This document shows positions 1 through 8,530 of a DNA stretch of 10,334 bases, piece after piece. The notes beneath the pieces were generated by a model. That model saw nothing but the letters and a program-made list of their open reading frames with translations, did no database searches and had not been told where the DNA came from. The stretch's first letter is position 1. Every line of letters begins with the position of its first letter. This DNA comes from Pseudobacteriovorax sp. Lineage in GTDB: Bacteria > Bdellovibrionota_B > Oligoflexia > Oligoflexales > Oligoflexaceae. The position numbers and the translations under genes are program-made. The stretch spans positions 1 through 10,334 of the forward strand of contig JBNKNM010000200.1 of the NCBI GenBank assembly GCA_050293845.1, given 5' to 3'.

Positions 1-867
1 TTGCAGCTGATCGCAGAAGGATTAAACGACCTCCCCCTTATCGGTGGGTTTGTTAAAAGTCCCCAGCAAAGCTTTCCAGAACGCTATTTAGGATTAAAAA
101 CGGCACGCAGTACCGCAGAAGTTCGTAATCAAATAAAATTCTGGGTGGATGATGTCGCAGGTAATTTTGATTTACAAAAAATTATTTCTATTGCTGCCTC
201 AGCCCCAGACCTTGAAGTAACGACTAATGTAAAGAAAAAGGGAACTCCACGCTGTCGTATTGCCTATGCCTATGATGATGCCTTCCATTTCTATTATCCC
301 GATAACCTCCACCTATTAGAGCTTGCGGGAGCAGAAATGATCCCCTTCTCTCCCATACAGGACGCCAAGCTTCCCCCATGTGATGGCCTCTATATTGGTG
401 GCGGTTATCCCGAGCTTTTTGCAAAAGAACTGGCATCCAATCGATCGATGGCACAAGCTATTACCGACCATGCCCAAAAAAGCAAACCGATTTATGCCGA
501 ATGTGGTGGTTTGATTTACCTTTCACGAGCAGTAAAGGTCGGGCAGCAAGAGTATAAAATGCTAGGACTCATACCTGGGGAGATAACCATTGTCGATAAA
601 TTGCAGGCGTTAGGCTATGCAGAAATCGAAACCACCGAGTCCACTATATTGGGCCCTTCAGGAACGCGATTTAAAGGTCATCAGTTCAGGTATTCCCATA
701 TCGATATTGATGAATCCCACCCCCAAAACTATAAGGTCATACGCCGGAGAAACCAAACCTCCTATCACGAAGGTTATGGTGAGGGTAATATTTTAGCCAG
801 CTACGTTCATGCTCACTGGTCGTCTAACCCCGACATTCCCAGAGCTATCGTTCATTCTTGCGTTTAA
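1..867 (+). CDS. cobB: Cobyrinate/hydrogenobyrinate a,c-diamide synthase, C-terminal part with the glutamine amidotransferase domain (gene starts upstream of the window)
   Basis: Motifs PERYLGL, IAYAYDDAFHFYYPDNL, GLYIGGGYPEL, YAECGG (catalytic Cys) and ASYVHAHW (His) are typical of CobB/CbiA. The frame is open from base 1 and lies next to cobQ. Confidence 0.95.
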   Translation: MQLIAEGLNDLPLIGGFVKSPQQSFPERYLGLKTARSTAEVRNQIKFWVDDVAGNFDLQKIISIAASAPDLEVTTNVKKKGTPRCRIAYAYDDAFHFYYPDNLHLLELAGAEMIPFSPIQDAKLPPCDGLYIGGGYPELFAKELASNRSMAQAITDHAQKSKPIYAECGGLIYLSRAVKVGQQEYKMLGLIPGEITIVDKLQALGYAEIETTESTILGPSGTRFKGHQFRYSHIDIDESHPQNYKVIRRRNQTSYHEGYGEGNILASYVHAHWSSNPDIPRAIVHSCV

Positions 868-902
868 AGCTCACAAAAAGAATAACAAAGGAAATCCTCA
901 CA

Positions 903-2420
903 ATGAAATCCCCTACTATTATGATACAAGGAACAGCATCAAACGTAGGCAAAAGCTTGGTTGTTGCGGGGCTGTGCAGATATTTTGCCCAACAAGGACT
1001 CAAGGTAGCACCATTCAAAGCTCAAAACATGGCTCTCAATTCCTATGTTACTCCTGATGGCTTTGAAATTGGCCGCGCCCAAGCCATACAAGCCGATGCT
1101 GCAAGGCAACCTTGTTCGGTACATATGAATCCCATTCTCCTGAAACCTGAAGGAGAAAAACGTTGTCAGATAGTCATCGAAGGTAAAGCTATAAACTCGA
1201 TGTCTGCCAAAGATTACCATAACATGAAGCCTAAAGTGAGGGAGCTTGTCATAAGTAATCTCGACTACCTGCGCAATACTCATGACCTTGTTATCATTGA
1301 AGGAGCGGGAAGCCCTGCGGAAGTTAATTTAAAGCAACATGATATTGTGAATATGTTCGTAGCAAAATCCGTGAATGCTCCCGTTTTATTGGTAGGTGAC
1401 ATTGATCGTGGTGGGGTTTTTGCCTCATTTGTTGGCACCTTGGAACTGCTGGATGAGGACGAAAGAGAGTTGGTCAAGGGATTTATCATCAATAAATTCC
1501 GTGGTGATCCCGATCTCTTGATGGATGGGATTCATTTTTTAGAAGAAAAAACAGCTCGTCGGAGCTTTGGAATTTTACCGATGATCAAAGACCTAAGATT
1601 CGCCGAAGAAGATTCACTGTCCCTTGAGGATCGACCTAACAACCTAAGCTATTCACCCCAAAAATTAGATATCGGCATAATAAAACTACCAAGGCTCTCA
1701 AATTACGATGAGTTTGACTCGCTGGAACATGATAGCGATATTCACCTGGCATATATTACCAATCCCCAAGAGGTTCTTGATGCGGATCTTATCATTCTTC
1801 CAGGCACTAAGAATACCATCGACGATCTACTTTGGCTTAAAAAGCTAGATTTAGATCAAGCTATTAAGGCTAGAATAGAGAAAACCCTACCCGTTATCGC
1901 CATCTGTGGCGGCTGTCAGATGCTAGGCCATTATATAAAAGACCCAGACCTCATCGAATCTTCAGTGGCAGAAATAAAAGGAATCGGAATATTTGAATAC
2001 GAAACGACAATGCACTCCCATAAAACCTGTAGTCAAACCAAATACGAGCTTAACCGAGCTGTATTTGGTTTACCAAAAGGTTTAAAAGTTAATGGCTATG
2101 AAATCCATGTTGGTCGCATCAATCACTCTTCTTCTGACCATTCTGCTTTTAAAGTTCTGTCAAGAAACAATGCATCTATAAACTTTGAGTCTGATGGTAT
2201 GATTGATCATAATGTTTTGTCCACATTAGCTCATGGCTTATTCGATAATGATCATTTTCGCATCGGCTTGCTAAATTTTTTGCGCATGAGAAAAGATCTA
2301 CCGCTGAGGCAGAGCGAAATCTTTAAGAGTCGAGATGAAGAATATAATCGCATTGCCATGCATATCAAAAATTCATTGGATATGCATAAGCTTCATCAGT
2401 TGGTTGAGGGATATCAGTAG
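903..2420 (+). CDS. cobQ: Cobyric acid synthase (CobQ/CbiP)
   Basis: IMIQGTASNVGKS P-loop, PFKAQNMALNS, GRAQ, MNPILLKP, EGAGSPAEVNL, DIDRGG, INKFRGD, LPGTKNT, ICGG (Cys), GYEIH, HGLFDN. Start moved from 858 to ATG 903, which follows an AAGGA Shine-Dalgarno and avoids overlap with cobB. Confidence 0.97.
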   Translation: MKSPTIMIQGTASNVGKSLVVAGLCRYFAQQGLKVAPFKAQNMALNSYVTPDGFEIGRAQAIQADAARQPCSVHMNPILLKPEGEKRCQIVIEGKAINSMSAKDYHNMKPKVRELVISNLDYLRNTHDLVIIEGAGSPAEVNLKQHDIVNMFVAKSVNAPVLLVGDIDRGGVFASFVGTLELLDEDERELVKGFIINKFRGDPDLLMDGIHFLEEKTARRSFGILPMIKDLRFAEEDSLSLEDRPNNLSYSPQKLDIGIIKLPRLSNYDEFDSLEHDSDIHLAYITNPQEVLDADLIILPGTKNTIDDLLWLKKLDLDQAIKARIEKTLPVIAICGGCQMLGHYIKDPDLIESSVAEIKGIGIFEYETTMHSHKTCSQTKYELNRAVFGLPKGLKVNGYEIHVGRINHSSSDHSAFKVLSRNNASINFESDGMIDHNVLSTLAHGLFDNDHFRIGLLNFLRMRKDLPLRQSEIFKSRDEEYNRIAMHIKNSLDMHKLHQLVEGYQ

Positions 2421-2434
2421 TTGGTTACGAAAGA

Positions 2435-2476
2435 GAGCCTTATATCCACCCTTAGAAAAAGGTGAATATAAGGCTC
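2435..2476. terminator. Long hairpin, probable intrinsic terminator between convergent cobQ and HAD genes
   Basis: GAGCCTTATATCCACCCTT-AGAA-AAAGGTGAATATAAGGCTC: 19-nt arms with two mismatches, starting 15 nt after the cobQ stop. Followed by GTTATTCT on + and TCTTTC on -. Confidence 0.75.
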
Positions 2477-2664
2477 GTTATTCTAAAATAATCTATCATG
2501 CCAAACATATTATAAGATTTCCTTTTGCCACATGTTTTTAGTATCGGCTAATGCTGCTTCAAAAGATCCCTTCTGTCATAAAAAGTCCAACAGCAGTGCC
2601 ATGACCAAGCTCTCGATATATCAAATGGCAGTAACCCTACTCCGAGTTTTACAACAGCACGAAA

Positions 2665-3330
2665 TCAATAATGCAGGACAAATTCCCCGACAGTGTTACT
2701 TACACTCACATTAGCTTGTGCAAGACACCCTACTCCATGGGTCACACCTAATTCTTCTAAACTATAATGGCTTAAAATCGCCAATACATGAGCTTTTGAA
2801 GCCACACCGGATTGGATGCCCGTTGGAGCATCCTCAAACACGATGCAATCTTCAATCGCAACGCCTAAGCTTTCCGCTCCGAGTAAATACGGCTCTGGAT
2901 CAGGTTTACCGCGCGTGATTCTTTCCGCCGTGATCAAAAGAGGAGGAGCTGGAATGCCCGTAGCACGAATGCGTGCCGATGCCACAGGATATGTACCCGA
3001 TGTCACAATCGCCCATGGCACACCCAACGCATTGAACTGCTGCAAAAATGCTATCGAACCATCAAGAGCGACCGTACCTTTCATGTCTCGCGATTCCAGA
3101 TCTTCCAGCCACACCATCTCTCTATCAAGATAAGCGTTGTCTTTCTCAGGCATCAGGATCGATAACGATTCACGAGCAGGTCGGCCGTGAATCACCGTCA
3201 TTACATGATCGCGATCTAAGCTATTACGCTCGGCGAGTAGCATCCATGAACGCTTTACCGCGGCTATAGAATCAATAAGAGTGCCGTCTAAATCAAATAG
3301 ACCGGCTTTAAAACGTAGAGTGGTTACCAT
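2665..3330 (-). CDS. yfbT: HAD-IA family sugar/hexitol phosphatase, YfbT/HxpA-like
   Basis: HAD motif I FDLDGTLIDS, II WAIVTSG, III GKPDPEPYLLGA, IV FEDAPTG, plus IHGR cap motif. An AGGA Shine-Dalgarno favours ATG 3330 (alternative 3333) over TTG 3372. Confidence 0.88.
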   Translation of the reverse strand: MVTTLRFKAGLFDLDGTLIDSIAAVKRSWMLLAERNSLDRDHVMTVIHGRPARESLSILMPEKDNAYLDREMVWLEDLESRDMKGTVALDGSIAFLQQFNALGVPWAIVTSGTYPVASARIRATGIPAPPLLITAERITRGKPDPEPYLLGAESLGVAIEDCIVFEDAPTGIQSGVASKAHVLAILSHYSLEELGVTHGVGCLAQANVSVSNTVGEFVLHY

Positions 3331-3597
3331 CATATCTTCCTGATTTTTTCTGTAGTATGCTGGAAATAACAAGTTTCAACCTAAAATCAAGCGAATGAAC
3401 AGGGTCGATTTCTAAACTATGCAAAAAGTTGTACGTCCCAAGAGCCCTTCTGTAGTTTTGTTCGATACTCCAACGTGCTCCTCAACCCTTTCTGTTATTT
3501 CAACATCGCCTGTTAAACAAACCCTTATTGTATTACCGGGCTTTGGGTGGTCGAAATTTTCAACATAGTGCACATCTTTGTCCGAATTACGTTTGTG

Positions 3598-4359
3598 CTA
3601 ATTTAGCATCAAACAACATTTCTTGTATTTTTTCCCCGAACCACACGGGCACGCCTCATTGCGACCAACTTTGTTCTTCTTGTTACTCATTATAGGCTCT
3701 ACAAATTGCTTGTGAAAGCTTTTTCTTACTTGATCAATTTTATCTTGCTGCTTTTTGTTGAAAACACCTCCGAGTGCTTCGATCGAATGCGCAAGTTCTT
3801 TTAGAAATGAGTTACCTAAGACATTTTTAGAAAGCTCGGTTTTATCAAATTCATTAAAAAGTAGTTCTAATACATTTTGATCTTCATATTTTTCCAAGTA
3901 CCCTGGACTTATTTCATGCCGATTCTTAAGCTGCTCAACATGGATGTCGAAAACGCTTTTATTTCTAATATTAGTCTTGGCTAAAATATCACTTAAATGC
4001 CTTTTAGTTTCTTCATCTGTACAGGAGTAATAATAATCTAATAATACCTGCAAATTTTCAGCAGCCAAGATGGCAATATTTCTTTCGAAAACTTCAGCCG
4101 TTTCACTTAAATGATCGACTTTCTTCCAAGCATCAAGCATAGGCAGCAAAGCATCTTGTTCCCCTCTTTGCGCTAAAATCGTCGAAGCAATAATTGGTAT
4201 ATATCCATTCCCTCGAGAATCTACATTCATCAAGTCAGGATCAATCATATTATCTATTAAGGCTGGAATAGCTGACTCTCCGAGCAAATTAATAGTACCT
4301 TGTAATTTTTGTGATACTTCGTATTGTCCATCTAAGATATCAGTAATTGAGCTTTTCAT
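3598..4359 (-). CDS. SEC-C metal-binding motif protein with helical (HEAT-like) N-terminal region
   Basis: C-terminal KVGRNEACPCGSGKKYKKCC is a canonical SEC-C motif. LGESAIPALID and ILAQRGEQDALLPML resemble HEAT repeats. GAGGG Shine-Dalgarno precedes ATG 4359 (alternative 4374). Confidence 0.85.
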   Translation of the reverse strand: MKSSITDILDGQYEVSQKLQGTINLLGESAIPALIDNMIDPDLMNVDSRGNGYIPIIASTILAQRGEQDALLPMLDAWKKVDHLSETAEVFERNIAILAAENLQVLLDYYYSCTDEETKRHLSDILAKTNIRNKSVFDIHVEQLKNRHEISPGYLEKYEDQNVLELLFNEFDKTELSKNVLGNSFLKELAHSIEALGGVFNKKQQDKIDQVRKSFHKQFVEPIMSNKKNKVGRNEACPCGSGKKYKKCCLMLN

Positions 4360-4982
4360 ATTACCCTCAAGCATGAGTAAAGATCAGTTTCTTACTGTCT
4401 AAAGAAAATGATGCCATTATTCCAGATGTTTCTAAAATCATAAGTTAGCATTTAAACTCCCTACCCTATTTAATCTAACATTTTCATAGAATTAAAGAGT
4501 TTTTCACGTTTCACAAAGGCTCGCAAAATTTGTCTGACTCTGTATGGTGATTATTAAGGAGATGGGGGATGGCAACGAAAAGATCAATGCATGGCCTGCC
4601 CTTTAAGCATAGTCTGGAAGTCGCCAATAGCTTCTGACATAGCAATTTTCGATTTATTACTTTTAACTGTTTGTTAGAACAGGAATACTTCACTTGTGAG
4701 GCTCCCAATCTTGAGGTTTTAGTTTTTTACTTTTACCCCCCGTATTTTCCAAATTATCTTCTGAATTTCAAATGGTTATTGTAAGTAGAAATCAAAATTG
4801 TTTTCTCGACGTCTATAGATAGCGAAAAGGTGGCATGCCGTGGCGAGTATAGTTAAGCGTAGGATGTCTGGTGAAAAATCACGAGAAATCAATAAGATCA
4901 AGACCACCGATTGACTTACTAGCCCACTTCCTGTAGTTTTGCTTTCGCAAAGGCAGTTAAATTTAGACATGAAAATATCACC

Positions 4983-5405
4983 ATGAAATTCATCTATTCA
5001 GTTCTTCTATTATTAATAGGCTGTGGAAAGTTTGAACAAGAAAAATTGAAAATAATCGATGCAAGACAGTGCACCGAAACTGAAGGTGAGATTACATTTT
5101 TTGATATCAAAGCATATAGATTTAACCTTGTAGATACACCCGACTTCTTTGACTGTATGATCCTATCCGACACTGGTCCTAAATATGGTTATTCGAACAA
5201 GGCTTGTGAAGTCGAATTTGAAGATGGAAGAAAAGAACGATACACTTTTGATTCTATCGTTCGGACTGAAAACGGTACATCCAATAAAATAAATCTTCTC
5301 AATTCCAACCAATGTAAAAAAATAGAGCTTACCCCAGAGGAGTCTGAAGAAGTGGTCGCTAAATGGGGAGAATACTACTGCGATAAAATTATTTCTTGTA
5401 CTTAG
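4983..5405 (+). CDS. Hypothetical cysteine-rich lipoprotein
   Basis: MKFIYSVLLLLIGC is a basic residue, hydrophobic core and lipobox LIGC (Cys14). Hydrophilic mature part with six more Cys. Ends in tandem stops TAG TGA. Confidence 0.8.
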   Translation: MKFIYSVLLLLIGCGKFEQEKLKIIDARQCTETEGEITFFDIKAYRFNLVDTPDFFDCMILSDTGPKYGYSNKACEVEFEDGRKERYTFDSIVRTENGTSNKINLLNSNQCKKIELTPEESEEVVAKWGEYYCDKIISCT

Positions 5406-5473
5406 TGAGGTAGGCAAATTATAATTCATTTTATGTATTCGCAACCCAAGAAAGACGAAGGTTGAAGGACAAA

Positions 5474-5524
5474 TAAATGGATGGTGAATCTTTGATAGCA
5501 CAAAGTATCTCGTCCAACCATTTA
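5474..5524. terminator. Imperfect hairpin between convergent lipoprotein and S46-like genes
   Basis: TAAATGGATGG pairs with CCAACCATTTA (one mismatch), with an inner CTTTG/CAAAG stem. Begins 4 nt after the S46-like stop and is followed by TTTGT on the - strand. Confidence 0.4.
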
Positions 5525-5527
5525 GCA

Positions 5528-7402
5528 CTAGAATTCTTCTAACAATTTTTTTGCTCCTCGACTTGCGATAAAATTTCGTATCGACGAACTTGCTAAATGT
5601 AGATACCTTGTCCTTTTTGGATCATAGTGAAAATTTACCGAATGATAATCTTTATAGGTCATCATCAGATACATGCCAGTAATTTCCAGTTGAGTGTTGA
5701 GGGTTGGTGAGCCTTTTAAACTTCGAAACCCACCATCGATATCGGCATCAAATATCGTATTCGTATCGCTAAAATGTTTGACTTCCCTAACCTTGCCAAA
5801 ACTATAAGATACAAACTTTTTACCAATATTTGGCGTAAATGGCTTACCAATATGATCAAGATATTTGGCAAGAAGGGAAAAATAGACCAGGCTACTTACG
5901 GGACTTTCGGTCGATGTATCAGGCGTTGGGTATTTCTTCCTGAACTCATCGAAGTGCTTGGCAAATTTCACGATCGGATCTGATTTCAATTCATTTAGAC
6001 GATCGTTCTTACCAACCTTAAATAGCCGAGAAGTCGCAAATAAGGATTTCAAAATTTCCGGTAGGCGAGCCTTAGATTCTCTAAGGATCTTCTTCACAAG
6101 ACCACTAGCATTATAGGTCGGATACGGATATTCCTTCACCACCAAAAATGCACTAAGAAGATCAATTGATTCAATTTCTGGGTCAAGCTTCGAAAGTTGT
6201 CTGCGAATCGTTTCAAAATCATCGATGTTTAAATTGTTCATCTTATTCAATCTCGTCGCAATTTTCATCAATTTAGTTTCCATTGGCAGCTCTAGGCTCT
6301 GCCAATGCCAAATCTCAAAGTGACGTTGGTAGATGGTTCGATCGTATTGCTCTAGCCAAGGCAAAGCCAAAGGCTCATATTTCGCAACATAGTCTTTAAA
6401 CTGTTGCTCAAAGGGTATCTTGATCTCTCTTATCGGCATGCGCTGGTATTCCATTGGGATATCGTCAATACTATCTGACCACCTTTTCAAAGACTGGTAA
6501 CGGGGCAGATAATCCTGTCTAATTTGACCTGGTTGCTCGATTAATTTAGCAAAGAGCGGAAGAAAGCGATGTAAATAAATCTGAGATGGTGCCATCAAGT
6601 TGTATTGATAAAGAGAGCTAATTTCCGAAAAGCGGTGGTATCGCTTGTAAATATCCGGATGGCCAATGGTCACCACTGCATCTCCGACATTCACGGATGA
6701 AGAAAATTTAAAATAATCTTTGCTTTCATAGGCCTTCCCATTTTTGTACAATCGATAAATGGCAAATGGTCTCGCCGACTTAGACCATTCCAGTTTGAAC
6801 GGGTCCATGCCACCATATGCCTGGGATTCCGATGGTGCAAAAACAAGCCTCACGTCGTCAAAGCGCTCACGAATGACTTTGATATAGTGTGTTCCATCAT
6901 TGACCTCTTTTATTAGACATTCTTGATCTTTGTCAGCCTTACAGTCTTGCTTTGCCTTGGTCATATTTTTTTTGATTCTCGCTACATTTTTTTCATATTC
7001 TCCATCTCGCAGATTGCTAAGAATAATGGAACTAACATCTTCGATTTGGATAGTTAAATAGATCGCGAGAGACTTTTTTGCTGGTATTTCGTCTTGTCTA
7101 TTTTCAGCATAAAAGCCTGTTTTTAACAAATTCTTTTGGGTTGTAGAAGCCATATTAAGTAACGACCGAGCACAAAAATACTGGGTCAGAACTAAGCCTT
7201 CAGGGGAAATAAATGCACCGCTGCAGCCTCCAATTTGAATCACCTTTTTATATTGATTTTGAAGAGATTTTTTTGAAAATGATGAATTGCCAAAAAATTT
7301 TATCCCTTGCTCAACCTGGTGGGGAAGCCAAAACCCTTCTGTAGAAAAGCCTATTCTTGGAGAGAGCAAAAAAAATATCAAAAATAATAAATGGATATAC
7401 AT
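5528..7402 (-). CDS. Secreted S46 family (dipeptidyl peptidase 7 / DAP BII-like) homologue, catalytic residues apparently substituted
   Basis: Signal peptide followed by EGFWLP (family EGMWLP), GGCSGAFISPEGLVLT, DVRLVFAP, FAIYRLY, GDAVVTIGHP, DIDGG...GSPTLN, YDPKRTR and C-terminal AKKLLEEF, all in S46 order. AAAGGTG Shine-Dalgarno before ATG 7402. Confidence 0.85.
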   Translation of the reverse strand: MYIHLLFLIFFLLSPRIGFSTEGFWLPHQVEQGIKFFGNSSFSKKSLQNQYKKVIQIGGCSGAFISPEGLVLTQYFCARSLLNMASTTQKNLLKTGFYAENRQDEIPAKKSLAIYLTIQIEDVSSIILSNLRDGEYEKNVARIKKNMTKAKQDCKADKDQECLIKEVNDGTHYIKVIRERFDDVRLVFAPSESQAYGGMDPFKLEWSKSARPFAIYRLYKNGKAYESKDYFKFSSSVNVGDAVVTIGHPDIYKRYHRFSEISSLYQYNLMAPSQIYLHRFLPLFAKLIEQPGQIRQDYLPRYQSLKRWSDSIDDIPMEYQRMPIREIKIPFEQQFKDYVAKYEPLALPWLEQYDRTIYQRHFEIWHWQSLELPMETKLMKIATRLNKMNNLNIDDFETIRRQLSKLDPEIESIDLLSAFLVVKEYPYPTYNASGLVKKILRESKARLPEILKSLFATSRLFKVGKNDRLNELKSDPIVKFAKHFDEFRKKYPTPDTSTESPVSSLVYFSLLAKYLDHIGKPFTPNIGKKFVSYSFGKVREVKHFSDTNTIFDADIDGGFRSLKGSPTLNTQLEITGMYLMMTYKDYHSVNFHYDPKRTRYLHLASSSIRNFIASRGAKKLLEEF

Positions 7403-7545
7403 GGTAACACCTTTACTAGCGACTCAAAGAAGCAGAATAACAGATTATTCACATTAGGTCGATGATAAAGAGCTTTCCAAGTTGGATAACCTGTCTTCAT
7501 TGAACTAGATTTACTCGAAAAAGTAGCTCATTCTTTGCAAGCAAG

Positions 7546-8520
7546 CTACTTGTCATTAGCATTCCTACTCACCCGAATCTGATATAAAAAAGGATAAAAC
7601 AACTGCTTTATAAAGTTTTGGGATATTTTTTTCTGAAAAAGGCCATACTCCTCAGGCCAAGTTTTAGGGCAATAAAATGTACCAAGGATGAGGTCAATAC
7701 AAGAAAAACTTACAGCAAAATTCTTGTCTAAAGCCTGGGAAGCATTGCTATGGTGCCAGTGGTGGACTAGAGGGGTCGTAATAATATACCTTAACGGACC
7801 AAAACTAAAACGCATATTTGAATGAACAAAGAGCGCCTGCAAAGCCACTACAGGCAAGTATAATTGGAAGGCTTCCTCACTGAAACCAAAACAAACAATG
7901 GGAATATAGCTGATGGATCGGGTAATCAGTATATCAATGATATGCAACCGAGAGCTGGCGATCCAGTCCATCTTAGTTACGGAGTGGTGGATTTTGTGAA
8001 ATATCCATAAACGCTGCTTTTTATGAAAGTAGCGATGGGTCCAGTACTGAAAAAAACAGCCAGAAATAGAATCATCAGGGATTGAAGCAAGGGGGTGATT
8101 AGCTGAATTGTACTTTCTATGCCACAGTCGGGTAATTGGGAGCGTAACCAACTGCCCGGAATAGCGATAAGTACTAACAAGCCTTCCATTAAAAGATGAT
8201 TAATCGTATAGTGAAGAAGGTCCGTGGCGAGCCCTTCACGCAAAAATCTCTGGCGTCTTAAAAAGAAAATTCTCTCAAGAGGCACAAAAATTATGGACAT
8301 TGCCAACATATCTAGAACGATGAGCTCAGGTAGAATTTTTTTCTTGGTATTGGGGTTTCTATGGGGACTTCGGCACCACCCCAAATACTCGCTACAACAA
8401 TGATGAGTATGGCTAAAAGAGCCATAACTTTTTTTCACCAAAAATCAAGCTGATTAAAGATGTGGCAAAGCTCAGATGGAGAACTAGAAACAGAATTATA
8501 AGAAATTTGAACGATACAAG
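7546..8520 (-). pseudogene. Sterol desaturase / fatty acid hydroxylase family membrane protein, frameshifted and probably 5'-truncated (upstream boundary approximate)
   Basis: His boxes YWTHRYFH, FHKIHHS, FVHSN, HHWHH and KNFA...DLILGT lie in frame 7546-8049. FVPLER...REGLATDLLH lies in another frame (8058-8321). Two more hydrophobic segments lie in further frames (8324-8425, 8428-8520). Confidence 0.85.
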
Positions 8521-8530
8521 GAGGCAACTT

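Noticed and set aside
224..3269. Short ORFs 224-454, 809-1057, 939-1283, 1280-1492, 2335-2541, 2532-2714, 2718-2918, 2816-3133, 3048-3269
   Set aside because: Mostly shadow or alternate frames overlapping well-supported cobB, cobQ or HAD genes, and none has a recognisable motif.
3598..3670. secA call from the SEC-C motif
   Set aside because: The protein is only about 253 aa and lacks SecA ATPase motifs. SEC-C occurs in many unrelated proteins.
4969..4986. Mini ORF MKISP whose TGA overlaps the lipoprotein ATG
   Set aside because: Five codons with no clear Shine-Dalgarno, easily explained by chance.
7546..8441. Treating 7546-8151 and 7977-8441 as two genes, or as a programmed frameshift at T7
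   Set aside because: They are consecutive parts of one protein. Further upstream frameshifts make a regulated single slip unlikely.
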